Shown here in pieces: positions 35,518 to 45,310 of a stretch of DNA of 64,000 nt. Numbering within the stretch: the first letter of the stretch is position 1; the number at the start of each line of letters is the position of its first letter. Both the position numbers and the translations under genes were made by a program. The stretch lies in assembly GCA_037380845.1 (NCBI GenBank), contig JARRRI010000015.1:1-64000 (forward strand), written 5' to 3'. The DNA comes from Candidatus Sulfobium sp. (GTDB lineage: Bacteria > Nitrospirota > Thermodesulfovibrionia > Thermodesulfovibrionales > UBA6898). The notes beneath the pieces were generated by a model. That model ran no database searches. It was not told where the DNA came from and was given only the letters and a program-made list of their open reading frames with translations.

Positions 35518-36282
35518 ATGAAGAAATTGTTTTTGGGCTTACTCTTGCTGCTGTTTATAGTGAATATTTCGGAAGCAATGCAGACGCGGTTGGTCGTAAG
35601 GGCACGGGCACGGGACGCAAAGTTTATCGGTAGCACGATGGGAGGGGCCCGCGTCGTCGTCAGGAACAGCGAGACAGATGAAATCATGGCGAAAGGGTTT
35701 ACCTCGGGCGGCACCGGAGACAGCAAAAAGATAATGGTCGAACCGCGGCGAAGGGGAATTCCCTTCGCTGGAAAATCAGCGGCGGCGTTCGAGGCCGTTG
35801 TCGACATTGATGAGCCCACACTCGTCACGGTCGAGGTTTCCGCCCCTTATGCCCAGAGACAGTCGCTGGAAAAAACTTCGACTCAGTTATGGCTCATCCC
35901 CGGAAAGGACATTCTCGGCGACGGCATCATTATGGAAGTCCCGGGCTTTTCCGTAGACGTCCTGGCGCCGCAGGCTCATGAAATGCTGAAGCTTTCGGGC
36001 GGAAAACTCACCGTACCGATCAGGGCGAATGTAATGATGATGTGCGGCTGTCCGGTAAAACCCGGCGGCCTCTGGGACGCAAACAGGTATGAAGTCAGGG
36101 CGGTCGTAAAACATAACGGCGTCCCTTCGGGCACGTTACCCCTCCGGTTCGCCGGCAAGACCAGCACGTTCGAAGGAAATCTGGATGTTACGAAAAAGGG
36201 CGTCTATGAAATGACCGTATATTCCTTCGATCCCGTGACCGGAAATGCGGGGGTCGACAAGACAACTTTCATGATCCGCTGA
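35518..36282 (+). CDS. Conserved exported hypothetical protein (MMCGCP motif)
   Basis: AAGGAG RBS, signal peptide, DAKFIG and MMMCGCP motifs. Confidence 0.75.
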   Translation: MKKLFLGLLLLLFIVNISEAMQTRLVVRARARDAKFIGSTMGGARVVVRNSETDEIMAKGFTSGGTGDSKKIMVEPRRRGIPFAGKSAAAFEAVVDIDEPTLVTVEVSAPYAQRQSLEKTSTQLWLIPGKDILGDGIIMEVPGFSVDVLAPQAHEMLKLSGGKLTVPIRANVMMMCGCPVKPGGLWDANRYEVRAVVKHNGVPSGTLPLRFAGKTSTFEGNLDVTKKGVYEMTVYSFDPVTGNAGVDKTTFMIR

Positions 36283-36383
36283 CCTCGGAAGAAGCATTTT
36301 GGCCATCGATGAACACGAGCGGTCACTGATTCCCGGGGATTTGATCTTTTCATCATTTGCCCGAAAGGTTAACCGTCTTTAAT

Positions 36384-37016
36384 TCATCCCAGTCCGGGAA
36401 GTAGCAGGCTCAGGCCGCCGGCGATGAATTCCACGGCAATGGCGGCCAGGAGCAGGCCCATGAGCCTCGTTGCAATGTTGATCCCGGTCCTGCTCAGCAG
36501 TCTTCCGACGGAGCCGGCAGCGATCAGCGCAAGCCACGCCGTCAGGGCGATCAGGACGCAGATCACGACAATGAGGCCGATATGCAAGGGGTTGGACGAC
36601 GCGTTGGCATATATGATAACCGTGGTTATCGCGCCCGGCCCCGCCAGCAGAGGCATGGCAATCGGCACGACGGCGATACTCTCTTTTTCCTCGGCCTCTG
36701 CCGCTTCCTCAGGGGTCTGCTTGCTCTGTGCATACCTGGCCTGCATCATGGATATCGACATCAGCAGGAGAAGAATACCGCCCCCGACCTTGAAGGAGGC
36801 TATGCTCACACCAAAAAACCCCAGCAGCGGCTTGCCGAGCAGAGTAGCCACTATCAGTATGACTGCAACTGCGACACTGGTTTTGTGAGCAATACGTGAG
36901 CGCTCCCCTTCATCCAGGCCGCTGGTCAGGCTTACAAAAATCGGGATTATACCAAGCGGGTTCACTATTGCAAGAAGCGTAGTGAATATCTTTATGTATA
37001 CCGTCAATTCGAGCAT
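36384..37016 (-). CDS. MarC family inner membrane protein
   Basis: NPLG, VPIAMPLLAGPGAI, TRLMGLLLAAIAV. Confidence 0.92.
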   Translation of the reverse strand: MLELTVYIKIFTTLLAIVNPLGIIPIFVSLTSGLDEGERSRIAHKTSVAVAVILIVATLLGKPLLGFFGVSIASFKVGGGILLLLMSISMMQARYAQSKQTPEEAAEAEEKESIAVVPIAMPLLAGPGAITTVIIYANASSNPLHIGLIVVICVLIALTAWLALIAAGSVGRLLSRTGINIATRLMGLLLAAIAVEFIAGGLSLLLPGLG

Positions 37017-37157
37017 CGCTTTTTATAACATTGTACTCCTTTCCTTCATTTTTAAATCCTCGGGGTCCGGCAGCGCCGTCTACTACAAAATTGTATCGCC
37101 AACATTTTTGTCTCTCGACCGGCGCTTCCATTTCCTTTTAAATCAAGCGAATACAAG

Positions 37158-37174
37158 CTGGCATGCTTCTGGCA
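37158..37174 (+). promoter_or_regulatory. sigma54 -24/-12 promoter
   Basis: CTGGCATG-CTTC-TGGCA, GG-N10-GC spacing, upstream of HTH-amtB. Confidence 0.65.
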
Positions 37175-37197
37175 GCTATGAACTCAAAGGAGAAACC

Positions 37198-37407
37198 ATG
37201 AGAACACTGAGAGACAAGATAAAAGAACTGGAAAAGGAAGAGATAATAAAGGCCCTCAGGGATTGCGGCTGGGTCATGGCCCGGGCGGCGAGAAGTCTGG
37301 GCATAACCGAGAGAATGATGGGCTACAAGGTTCAGAAGCATGGCATCAGGACAAAGGAGGTGAGGTGGCTTAAACAGGAGACAGGCCGGAAATCCGGGGA
37401 AATGTGA
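37198..37407 (+). CDS. Stand-alone Fis-type HTH protein resembling a NifA C-terminal domain
   Basis: AAGGAG RBS; LEKEEIIKALRDCGWVMARAARSLGITERMMGYKVQKHGI. Confidence 0.8.
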   Translation: MRTLRDKIKELEKEEIIKALRDCGWVMARAARSLGITERMMGYKVQKHGIRTKEVRWLKQETGRKSGEM

Positions 37408-37476
37408 AGACGGGTAATACTTGCCGGTTGAAGTCATCACGTTGATACTTAATTATTCGGGAAGAGAGGAATAAAG

Positions 37477-38904
37477 ATGAGAAGGTTCTTGAGTTATTTT
37501 ATGATAGTCTGGTTTTTCTTGTTATCGGCAGGCATGGTGTATGCGGCGGATACGGTGCAGCCCGCGGCCGCCGCCGCCGCGGCGGCTTCAACAACGACGA
37601 ATACCGGGGACACCGCGTGGATGCTCGTAGCCACTGCAATGGTGATGCTGATGACTATCCCCGGGCTCGCCCTTTTTTACGGCGGTCTCACAAAGCGCAA
37701 GGACATGCTCAATACCATGGCCATGTCCTTTGTAGCCTTTTGTATCGTGAGTGTGTTGTGGGTGCTGTATGGATATTCATTCACCTTCAGCGGGGACATC
37801 GGAGGAGTGATCGGAAACGGCGCGAAACTCTTCCTTGCCGGCATCAATGTGGGCAGCGTTTCGCCCCTGGCGGGAACGATTCCCGAATATGTCTTTATCG
37901 CGTACCAGCTGACGTTTGCGGCCATCACCGTGGCCCTGGCAAGCGGGGCGTACATCGAACGCATGAAATTTTCGGCGTGGGTACTCTTCTCGGTCCTGTG
38001 GTTCACCTTTGCTTATCTGCCCGTGGCCCACTGGGTGTGGGGCGGAGGGTTCCTGGCCAGGCTGGGTGCCCTTGATTTTGCCGGCGGGACGGTAGTGCAT
38101 ATCAATGCCGGCATAGCGGCCCTCGTGGGGGCCCTCGCCCTCGGGAAGAGGCGGAAGGCCACCCTTGTGCCGAACAACCTGACACTGGTCGTTACCGGAG
38201 CAGGTCTTCTGTGGTTCGGATGGTTCGGCTTTAACGCCGGCTCCGCCCTGGCAGCGAATGGTCTGGCAGCGGCAGCCTTCATCAACACCAATACGGCGAC
38301 TGCCATCGCGGCGATGGCCTGGATGGCAGCCGAATGGGTGCACTCGAAGAAGCCGACCGTCCTCGGTCTCGCCTCCGGAGCAGTCGCCGGTCTGGTAGCC
38401 ATTACGCCCGCCGCCGGCTTCGTTAACGTCTCAGGCTCTCTCTTCATCGGAGCTGCGGCCGGCATCGTGGCCTTCGTGTCGGTAGCGGCATTGAAGCCGA
38501 GGTTTGGATATGACGACACCCTCGACGCTTTCGGCATCCATGGCGTGGCAGGGACGCTCGGAGCAATATTGACCGGGGTCTTCGCCGATCCCTCCATCAA
38601 CAGCGCAGGAGCGGGTCTGCTCTACGGAAATCCCGGACAGTTGCTCACCCAGCTGATCGCCGTCGGTGTTACCCTTGCATACACCGGCACGGTCACTCTT
38701 ATAATCTTCATGGTCGTGAAGGCCGTCGTAGGCCTGAGGGTGGATGAAGAGGCGGAGGTGATGGGGCTCGACGAGAGCGAGCACGGCGAAAGAGCATATA
38801 ATCTTGACTTGTTCCCGGGAGGTGCATCAGCACCGGTCCACGGAGAAGCGGCGATGGAGGCGTCCATGTTCGGTCATCAGCAGAGCGCTTACTCCGGAGA
38901 ATAG
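37477..38904 (+). CDS. amtB: Ammonium transporter
   Basis: [44 protein letters not shown]. Confidence 0.96.
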   Translation: MRRFLSYFMIVWFFLLSAGMVYAADTVQPAAAAAAAASTTTNTGDTAWMLVATAMVMLMTIPGLALFYGGLTKRKDMLNTMAMSFVAFCIVSVLWVLYGYSFTFSGDIGGVIGNGAKLFLAGINVGSVSPLAGTIPEYVFIAYQLTFAAITVALASGAYIERMKFSAWVLFSVLWFTFAYLPVAHWVWGGGFLARLGALDFAGGTVVHINAGIAALVGALALGKRRKATLVPNNLTLVVTGAGLLWFGWFGFNAGSALAANGLAAAAFINTNTATAIAAMAWMAAEWVHSKKPTVLGLASGAVAGLVAITPAAGFVNVSGSLFIGAAAGIVAFVSVAALKPRFGYDDTLDAFGIHGVAGTLGAILTGVFADPSINSAGAGLLYGNPGQLLTQLIAVGVTLAYTGTVTLIIFMVVKAVVGLRVDEEAEVMGLDESEHGERAYNLDLFPGGASAPVHGEAAMEASMFGHQQSAYSGE

Positions 38905-38920
38905 GGAAAGATTCAAATAC

Positions 38921-38959
38921 AAAAAAAGGGGGACGGCCTGAAACAGCCGTCCCCCTTTT
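38921..38959. terminator. Bidirectional intrinsic terminator
   Basis: A7-GGGGGACGGC...GCCGTCCCCC-TTTT between convergent genes. Confidence 0.8.
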
Positions 38960-39071
38960 CTCTCGTTAACCGGAAAATGCCCAGAGCGCCGTCATTCCCG
39001 AGGCAGCAGCCGGGAATCCACTCTTTTTGAGAGCCCGGCTTCCCGACTTTGCGGCAAGGCCATTTTCCTGA

Positions 39072-39734
39072 TCAGGATACTTTGCTACCCAGAACCGACC
39101 AGCGCACCAGATAGATCTCTCCCAGCTCATGGAGCACCTTCTGCGCATAAGACGGGTCGCCTCCAACATACCCGGTAAGCGCCGCTTCGATATCGCCGGT
39201 TCTTCCCACATACCTCTCCAGCACATAGGCGCCCGAGGCTATGTTTTTCGGTATCTTGTACAGGTCTCTTCTTTCGCTTACTATGCCCTTCTCCTTCAGT
39301 TCATTGAGCCATACCTTAGGCATGATACCCATGAGGCCTATAGCGCCCTTGTCGCTTCTGGCGGTAGGATTAAAGCTGGACTCGACAACGCAGACCGCCA
39401 GGATCAGATCCGCATTGCCGCTCTTCAGGGCCGCATCGTATATCCTGGACAACGTTTCATCCGGCATGTCCGACTTTGCTCTCATCCACTCCAGAACCGC
39501 CGACTTGATTGCGGCGCTCCTCAGCTCTGCTGCGCTGCGGTGCGCCGGCGCCGGCTTCGGCACAGGCATAACTTTGGGAACCGCTTTGCTGGCACTCGCC
39601 GGCATTCCCGGAACTGTGACCACATAAGTCAACCCGAGACCGCTGACAATGATCAGACCCAAAACGACAACCTTCGCGAGGAATATCCACTTATATTCGA
39701 TGATCGTATGGCCTTTCATCATCCCCCTCACCAT
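39072..39734 (-). CDS. Lytic transglycosylase (SLT domain), membrane-anchored
   Basis: VESSFNPTARSDKGAIGLMG, NIASGAYVL, N-terminal TM; GGAGG RBS. Confidence 0.88.
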   Translation of the reverse strand: MVRGMMKGHTIIEYKWIFLAKVVVLGLIIVSGLGLTYVVTVPGMPASASKAVPKVMPVPKPAPAHRSAAELRSAAIKSAVLEWMRAKSDMPDETLSRIYDAALKSGNADLILAVCVVESSFNPTARSDKGAIGLMGIMPKVWLNELKEKGIVSERRDLYKIPKNIASGAYVLERYVGRTGDIEAALTGYVGGDPSYAQKVLHELGEIYLVRWSVLGSKVS

Positions 39735-39909
39735 AACACACCTCCTCAAGCCAGAACTTCAAGGCTTTGCAATCGGGCGGTCCTTTCCTCAGCCTGTCCC
39801 CGGAAAGGCCGTCCCCTCTGATGTGACATCTTACCCCTCGTCTGATTTGAAAGAACTCTATGGAAACAGACAACCGTCTTATGGTCAAAAGAGATGAACT
39901 ATTACTTCT

Positions 39910-39938
39910 CTTGTATCACGAGAAAGAGGGCATGTCAA
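39910..39938 (-). promoter_or_regulatory. sigma70 promoter for SLT gene
   Basis: TTGACA-17nt-TACAAG on minus strand. Confidence 0.5.
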
Positions 39939-40168
39939 CTTCTCTAATGTCAGGCCTGTCGCAAGGAATTTCTCACCAGAGCCGGCCTTCCGCCTCACTC
40001 CACCGAACCGGGGGCTTCGCCGGGGTCCTTCGACTTTGCCAAAGAAGGGAATATTCTGAGAGAATGAATTTTGTTGCATCCCTTTGTGATAATACATTAA
40101 TATTTTTAAAAGGGAGACTTAACAGTGAACCGCCATAAAAGAAGCGCCAAACCATGTGAGGAAACACG

Positions 40169-40369
40169 ATGAGTGTTCTGCCCGAGGGAGAACAACTGAG
40201 AAAGGCGATCAAATGGATCTCCGACAAACGTCTCGATAACCCCGAAGCCCGCCTGTCGGGGCTGGTCCAGGAGGCCTGTTTAAAATTTGACTTGTCTCCC
40301 AAGGACACTGAAGACCTGCTCAATTTCTTCACCGGGAGAGATTCCGAAGGCCCCGGACACAAGGCGTAG
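40169..40369 (+). CDS. Small conserved-type hypothetical protein
   Basis: GAGG RBS; helical 66 aa (PEGEQLRKAIKWIS...KFDLSPKD). Confidence 0.7.
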   Translation: MSVLPEGEQLRKAIKWISDKRLDNPEARLSGLVQEACLKFDLSPKDTEDLLNFFTGRDSEGPGHKA

Positions 40370-40412
40370 CGGCATGCTGTCTTCCCCGGCGGTAATCGCG
40401 CCATGGCAATCC

Positions 40413-41414
40413 TCACCTCATCATGTACAACAGCATCAGGTTGCTCACGTAAACGCAGATTATGGCTATCGAATCCCACGCCAGAAAAAGAGGCTTTTTT
40501 TCCGTCCGATAGGTAAGCCCGATGATTGCGATCGTCGTCATGGCGATGGCCGACAGTGCGGAAATTATGTTGGAGGGGCTCACGAAGGCCAGCAATGGAC
40601 CCTTGATGAAAAAGACGTCATCCAGGGCAAGAATGAAGATGTTGAAAATATTGCTGCCGAAAAGGTTCCCGATCGCCATGTCTATTGCCTCCATTCTTAC
40701 AGCTGAAACCGACACCACCACTTCAGGCAGAGACGTGGAAAGGGCGATGAACACATTGCCGACAAAGGTCTGGCCCAGACCCGTGGCCTCCGCGATGCCT
40801 TTGCCGATTCCCGGGAGGAAAACGGCTGCCGTAATGACCACCATGGCGTTCACTCCGTACCGGATGTAAACCGCCTTCGTGTCATAGTCGGTGTATTTGA
40901 GTTCCACCGCGACCTCTTTCATATAAGCGGCGATCTCACGTTTCTCATAGGCAAAGATCAGCCTCATCGCTATGAAATAAATTATTCCGAAGAGAAGCGA
41001 ATATGGCCCTATCCATCCGAATGGAAATAGGTCCCTGGCTGCGAAGAGACCCACGGCGACGATGCTCAGAAGCAGAATCCCGATACTTCCGGACAGAACA
41101 TGACCATGGTGGGCCCTCGAAGAAATGGGACACTGGCGGCAAAAGGCGTCCAGGACAGACAGGATCAGCATGTTGAACACGCAGCTCCCGATGACATCGC
41201 CGGCGGCAATATCGGGGGCACCGGCGAAGGTGACCGAACTTATCCCGGTAATAAGTTCGGGAAGAGATGTAACCGACGCCATGAGCACAAGGCCGATCCA
41301 CGTGCGGCCCATGCCCGTCTTTTCCGCGATGATGTCTCCGTATCGCGCGAGCTTCGTGCCCGAATAAACTATCGCCCCCGTGCAGACAAGAAACGAAATC
41401 CATAGCAGAATCAC
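40413..41414 (-). CDS. Sodium/calcium exchanger family (CaCA) antiporter
   Basis: Two alpha repeats TSLPE, GNLFGSNIFN. Confidence 0.9.
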   Translation of the reverse strand: MILLWISFLVCTGAIVYSGTKLARYGDIIAEKTGMGRTWIGLVLMASVTSLPELITGISSVTFAGAPDIAAGDVIGSCVFNMLILSVLDAFCRQCPISSRAHHGHVLSGSIGILLLSIVAVGLFAARDLFPFGWIGPYSLLFGIIYFIAMRLIFAYEKREIAAYMKEVAVELKYTDYDTKAVYIRYGVNAMVVITAAVFLPGIGKGIAEATGLGQTFVGNVFIALSTSLPEVVVSVSAVRMEAIDMAIGNLFGSNIFNIFILALDDVFFIKGPLLAFVSPSNIISALSAIAMTTIAIIGLTYRTEKKPLFLAWDSIAIICVYVSNLMLLYMMR

Positions 41415-43423
41415 GTCATCTCACCTCGCTCCCGGTCAAGACGCCTCGCGGATTTGAAGAATTCAAAGGCCCGGTGTATGTCATCTTTGCCGCCGATCAG
41501 CAGTATTACATCGCCCGCCTTCATGACAAAATCAGGCGAAGGGTTGTAGTGGATACGGTCACCACGCTGAACGGAAACGACACTCGCGCCGGTTTTCGTC
41601 CTCAACCTCAGTCCTCCAACAGATTTCCCGTCAATTTTTTCTCCCTCCCTGATCAGGTACGTCTCGGTCTCGACACCCCCCAGGAGTTTAAAACGCTCGG
41701 CGAACTCCAGAGGAGGAAGGTCGGTGGTCCGGAGAGCCCTGTAGCCGTCCATCCGTACCGCCTCGATATATTCTTCAATCACGTTGCCGGGTATCTGGTA
41801 ATGCCGGAGTACCCTCGAAAAAATCTCGACCGAAGTCTCGAATTCCTGGGGGATGACCTCATCGGCCCCCAGCGCCATAAGGTCGTCGACCTCCGAGAGG
41901 TAGCGCGTCCTCACGATTATGTGGATGCCGGGGTGCTCGTGTCTCGCGATGGAAACGATCCTTCGGGAAGACGCGGGGTCGGATATCGCGATCACCAGCA
42001 TCTTCGCCTTCTCCAGTCCAAGTTTCAAAAGAACTTCCCTGCTGGTCCCGTCGCCATAATAAATCGGCTCGCCTTTCTTCTTCATCTCCCTCACCGTATC
42101 GTTGTTAATCTCCAGCACGACATAGGGGATCCTGGCTTCACGCAGAACCCTGCTCAGGTTCCTCCCGTTCAGACCGAAGCCCACAACGATCACGTGACCG
42201 CGTCTCCCCGGGCGGAATCTTTCGGCATCCGGCATTCTTCCCCTCCCCCCGGCGCGTCCCCTGAGTCCGGATACAAACCTCTCCGACCAGGCAGGCGCTG
42301 CACCGAGGACAAAGGGGGTCGCGATCATTGTCAACACTGATGCGGAGAGAAAGACCTGGTAAAAGTCCTCGGTGACAATGCCTGCCGATTTACCCGCCAC
42401 TGCGAGAACAAACGAAAACTCACCTATCTGGGCAAGTCCCAGCCCCGAATGTACGGATGCCCGCAGTGGGAACCCTGCTGCAAGACCCGACACCGTCCCT
42501 GTCACTATCTTCAGACAATAGAAGAGGGTGACTGCCGCGGCAACCAGCAGAAAGTGGTCCGCTATATATCCGACGTCCATGAGCATCCCGACTGAGACGA
42601 AGAATAGTCCCATAAAGCTGTCCTTGAACGGCAGGACGTCCGAGGTCGCCTGGTGCGAATACTCGGAGTCGGATATGACAAGCCCTGCGATAAAAGCGCC
42701 GAGTGCCAGAGAAAGGCCCGCCAGAGAGGTAACCAGCGCAATACCGAAACAGAGGAATATGATCGTGACGATAAAAAGCTCCCGGCTTCTGGTGTGCACA
42801 ACCTGATGGAGCAATCCGGGGACAATCCACCTGGCGCTCAGAAGCACAACGGCAATGATGAAGACTGCCACTGCAACCTGCTCCGCAATATCCGCCGTCC
42901 GTATCCCAACTCCGGACAACGCCGGGATAAGGAGCATAAAGAACACCGCGCAGAGGTCCTGAAAAATCAGCGTCCCGGTCATAAGACGGCCTTGGGGAGA
43001 GTCCGTCTCTCCCCTGTCGACAAGCATTTTCAGAACAATGGCCGTACTGCTCAGGGCCACCAGAAACCCGAAAAAAACAGACTTCTTCGGAGCGCCTGTT
43101 GCCAGAAACGCAATGCCCGCCGATACCGCTATCGTCAGCAGCACCTGCGCCCCGCCCCCCGCAATTACCTCCTTTTTCATCCTGAGGAGCCGTGAAATCG
43201 AAAACTCGATCCCGATGGTAAAAAGCAGAAGGATGACGCCGGCTTCGGCAAGGACTTCAACGGCGTACACATCACTTACCAGCCGGATCCCCCCGGGACC
43301 GACGATCGTCCCCGCGATGAGAAATCCCGCGACGGAAGGGATCCTCAGCCTGTGGAGCAGGAACACAACGACTGCGGAAACACCGAGGATGATGACGAGG
43401 GAACCCAGGAATTCATGTTCCAT
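41411..43423 (-). CDS. CPA2/Kef-type cation:proton antiporter with TrkA-N/C domains
   Basis: LLFTIGIE, ALSSTA, FQD, QIGEFSF, VGFGLNG, RCK_C tail. Confidence 0.92.
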   Translation of the reverse strand: MEHEFLGSLVIILGVSAVVVFLLHRLRIPSVAGFLIAGTIVGPGGIRLVSDVYAVEVLAEAGVILLLFTIGIEFSISRLLRMKKEVIAGGGAQVLLTIAVSAGIAFLATGAPKKSVFFGFLVALSSTAIVLKMLVDRGETDSPQGRLMTGTLIFQDLCAVFFMLLIPALSGVGIRTADIAEQVAVAVFIIAVVLLSARWIVPGLLHQVVHTRSRELFIVTIIFLCFGIALVTSLAGLSLALGAFIAGLVISDSEYSHQATSDVLPFKDSFMGLFFVSVGMLMDVGYIADHFLLVAAAVTLFYCLKIVTGTVSGLAAGFPLRASVHSGLGLAQIGEFSFVLAVAGKSAGIVTEDFYQVFLSASVLTMIATPFVLGAAPAWSERFVSGLRGRAGGRGRMPDAERFRPGRRGHVIVVGFGLNGRNLSRVLREARIPYVVLEINNDTVREMKKKGEPIYYGDGTSREVLLKLGLEKAKMLVIAISDPASSRRIVSIARHEHPGIHIIVRTRYLSEVDDLMALGADEVIPQEFETSVEIFSRVLRHYQIPGNVIEEYIEAVRMDGYRALRTTDLPPLEFAERFKLLGGVETETYLIREGEKIDGKSVGGLRLRTKTGASVVSVQRGDRIHYNPSPDFVMKAGDVILLIGGKDDIHRAFEFFKSARRLDRERGEMT

Positions 43424-43543
43424 GAATGACGCCCAGCGTGTCCATTTCTCACATTATATCAATACAAGCCGGGAATTCAGAGAACTTCGAGATAAACATC
43501 CGGGTTGTTTCAGGACGTTTGACGCATGCCGATGCACTTCAAA

Positions 43544-43609
43544 CTTAACCGCCTTTTAACGTTTCCGTAACATTGCCTTAACTCCCCCGTAATACGCCGC
43601 ACGTATCAT
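43544..43609 (+). promoter_or_regulatory. Pho-box-like array (5 direct repeats, 11-bp period) plus -10
   Basis: CTTAAC/TTTAAC/CGTAAC/CTTAAC/CGTAAT at 43544/55/66/77/88; TATCAT 10 nt after the last repeat. Confidence 0.75.
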
Positions 43610-43660
43610 ATCCCGAAAGAAGGCCGGGAGCGGCCGAACTATCCGAGAGGAGGAGACTTT

Positions 43661-44914
43661 ATGGAGAAAGGGATTTCATTCAGCAGAATGGGCGTGATCG
43701 TTCTTATCGTGCTCATGCAGTTGGTGTTCGCCGGGATTTTTGCAGCGTCTGCCCGCGCAAGTGATGTGGATGTTTTAATCGACAAGCTGGTCGAAAAAGG
43801 GGTCCTCACCCGCAGCGATGCGGAGGCGATCCTCAAGGAGACGAAGGAGGCGGAGAGAAAGGAACAGCCGAAGGCAGAACAGATGGCAAAGGCGGAAAAG
43901 GCAGCAGCGCCCTCATGGACAGACAACATCAAGTTCTTCGGCGACTTCAGGCTACGTAACCAGTGGGAGCACCGCGAAGGCAAAGATGCTCGTGACAGGG
44001 GACGGTTCAGGTGGAGATTCGGGGCCGAAGCAAAGGTAGTCGACAACCTGCAGGTCGGCTTCCGGCTTGCCAGCGGCGGCGACGATCCGCGTTCGACAAA
44101 CCAGACTTTTGAAGACATCTTTTCGAGCAAGAGCATGAGGATTGACCGGGCCTACGCCAGGTATGAGCCCGTCGGATGGCTTACTCTCACGGGCGGCAAA
44201 TTCGCAAATCCGATATGGACGACGGCAGACCTGCTCTGGGACGACGACATCAACCCCGAGGGTCTCGCTGCTCATGTGTATATGAAAGGCGAACCGGTCG
44301 ACGTTTTCTTCAACACGGGACTGTTTGTCATGAATCAGTTTAAAAACAGTTCCGAGCCCCTCATGTTCCCTCTTCAGCTCGGCGTAAACTGGAAGGTTGC
44401 AGAAAATACTGACCTGAAGTTAGCGGGCTCCTACTATTACTTCAGCGGCCTCCAGGGAGAGACTTTGGATTTTTCAGCTAAGACCAACACGCTTGTCCCG
44501 GGAGACGGTCTGAAATACAAGTATAACGCCTTCACGGCCGAAACCGAATTGGGTTTGAGGGATGTGATATTTCCTTATGTGGGACTGTTCGGAACTTACG
44601 TCTACAATCCCGATCCCTCCGACAATAACCAGGGCTTCCTCGCAGGTGTGAAGTTCGGCGACAAAAAGGTTTCGAAGGGAGGCGACTGGCAGGTGAAATA
44701 TATGTACCGTTATCTCGAAACAGACGCCTGGCCGGATGTCTTCCCGGATTCCGATTTCTTCGGGGGCGCAACAAACGTTAAAGGTCATGAGGCGGTGGCC
44801 TCCTACGGCCTGATGAAACATGTCACACTCGGTCTCGATTATTATCACAGCAGCCAAATTCATGGTACGACCGACGAGGACCTCTTCCAGACGGACCTCG
44901 TTTTCAAGTTCTAA
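43661..44914 (+). CDS. Putative porin (probably phosphate-starvation induced)
   Basis: Signal peptide, LIDKLVEKGVLT, GDFRLR, STNQT, WDDDINPEG, C-terminal Phe. Confidence 0.85.
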   Translation: MEKGISFSRMGVIVLIVLMQLVFAGIFAASARASDVDVLIDKLVEKGVLTRSDAEAILKETKEAERKEQPKAEQMAKAEKAAAPSWTDNIKFFGDFRLRNQWEHREGKDARDRGRFRWRFGAEAKVVDNLQVGFRLASGGDDPRSTNQTFEDIFSSKSMRIDRAYARYEPVGWLTLTGGKFANPIWTTADLLWDDDINPEGLAAHVYMKGEPVDVFFNTGLFVMNQFKNSSEPLMFPLQLGVNWKVAENTDLKLAGSYYYFSGLQGETLDFSAKTNTLVPGDGLKYKYNAFTAETELGLRDVIFPYVGLFGTYVYNPDPSDNNQGFLAGVKFGDKKVSKGGDWQVKYMYRYLETDAWPDVFPDSDFFGGATNVKGHEAVASYGLMKHVTLGLDYYHSSQIHGTTDEDLFQTDLVFKF

Positions 44915-44933
44915 AGGGCTAACCCTCCACTCA

Positions 44934-44978
44934 GACTTTGCGGGCCGGAAAGACCCGGCCCGTAAAGTCACTTTTTTT
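44934..44978 (+). terminator. Intrinsic terminator
   Basis: GACTTTGCGGGCCGG...CCGGCCCGTAAAGTC followed by T7. Confidence 0.85.
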
Positions 44979-45111
44979 AACCATAAGTTCAACTTCCGGA
45001 AACTTTCACTATCAGATCTGATACCCTCATCCCCGCTGAAGTACTTAATGGACAAGTTTTCTCAAAAGCAAATATTAGCCTGAAGCACGGTTACGGAATA
45101 TGCCGACAAAT

Positions 45112-45167
45112 TTTAATTCAAATGTAATATTCCTCTAACAGGCCCGTAATAAACCCGGTGTTATAGT
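45112..45167 (+). promoter_or_regulatory. Pho-box-like array (4 repeats) plus extended -10
   Basis: TTTAAT/TGTAAT/TCTAAC/CGTAAT at 45112/23/34/45; TGnTATAGT. Confidence 0.75.
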
Positions 45168-45310
45168 GATATAAACAGCTATGAAACCGTCTTTTTAATT
45201 TCGGTCAATTTGACTTTATCAGAGGAGGTGAGGCCACGGGATAAGAATATCGTTGGTATGTCGACTGCGGGGACGCGTGCCCTGCAACACATTTATTGAA
45301 AGGAGAAAAC

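Noticed and set aside
39970..40050. Possible c-di-GMP-I riboswitch upstream of the SLT gene (GGCAAA...GAAG on minus strand)
   Set aside because: Lacks the GNRA/GACGCAAAGC core and second stem, and lies upstream of the apparent SLT promoter at 39910-39938
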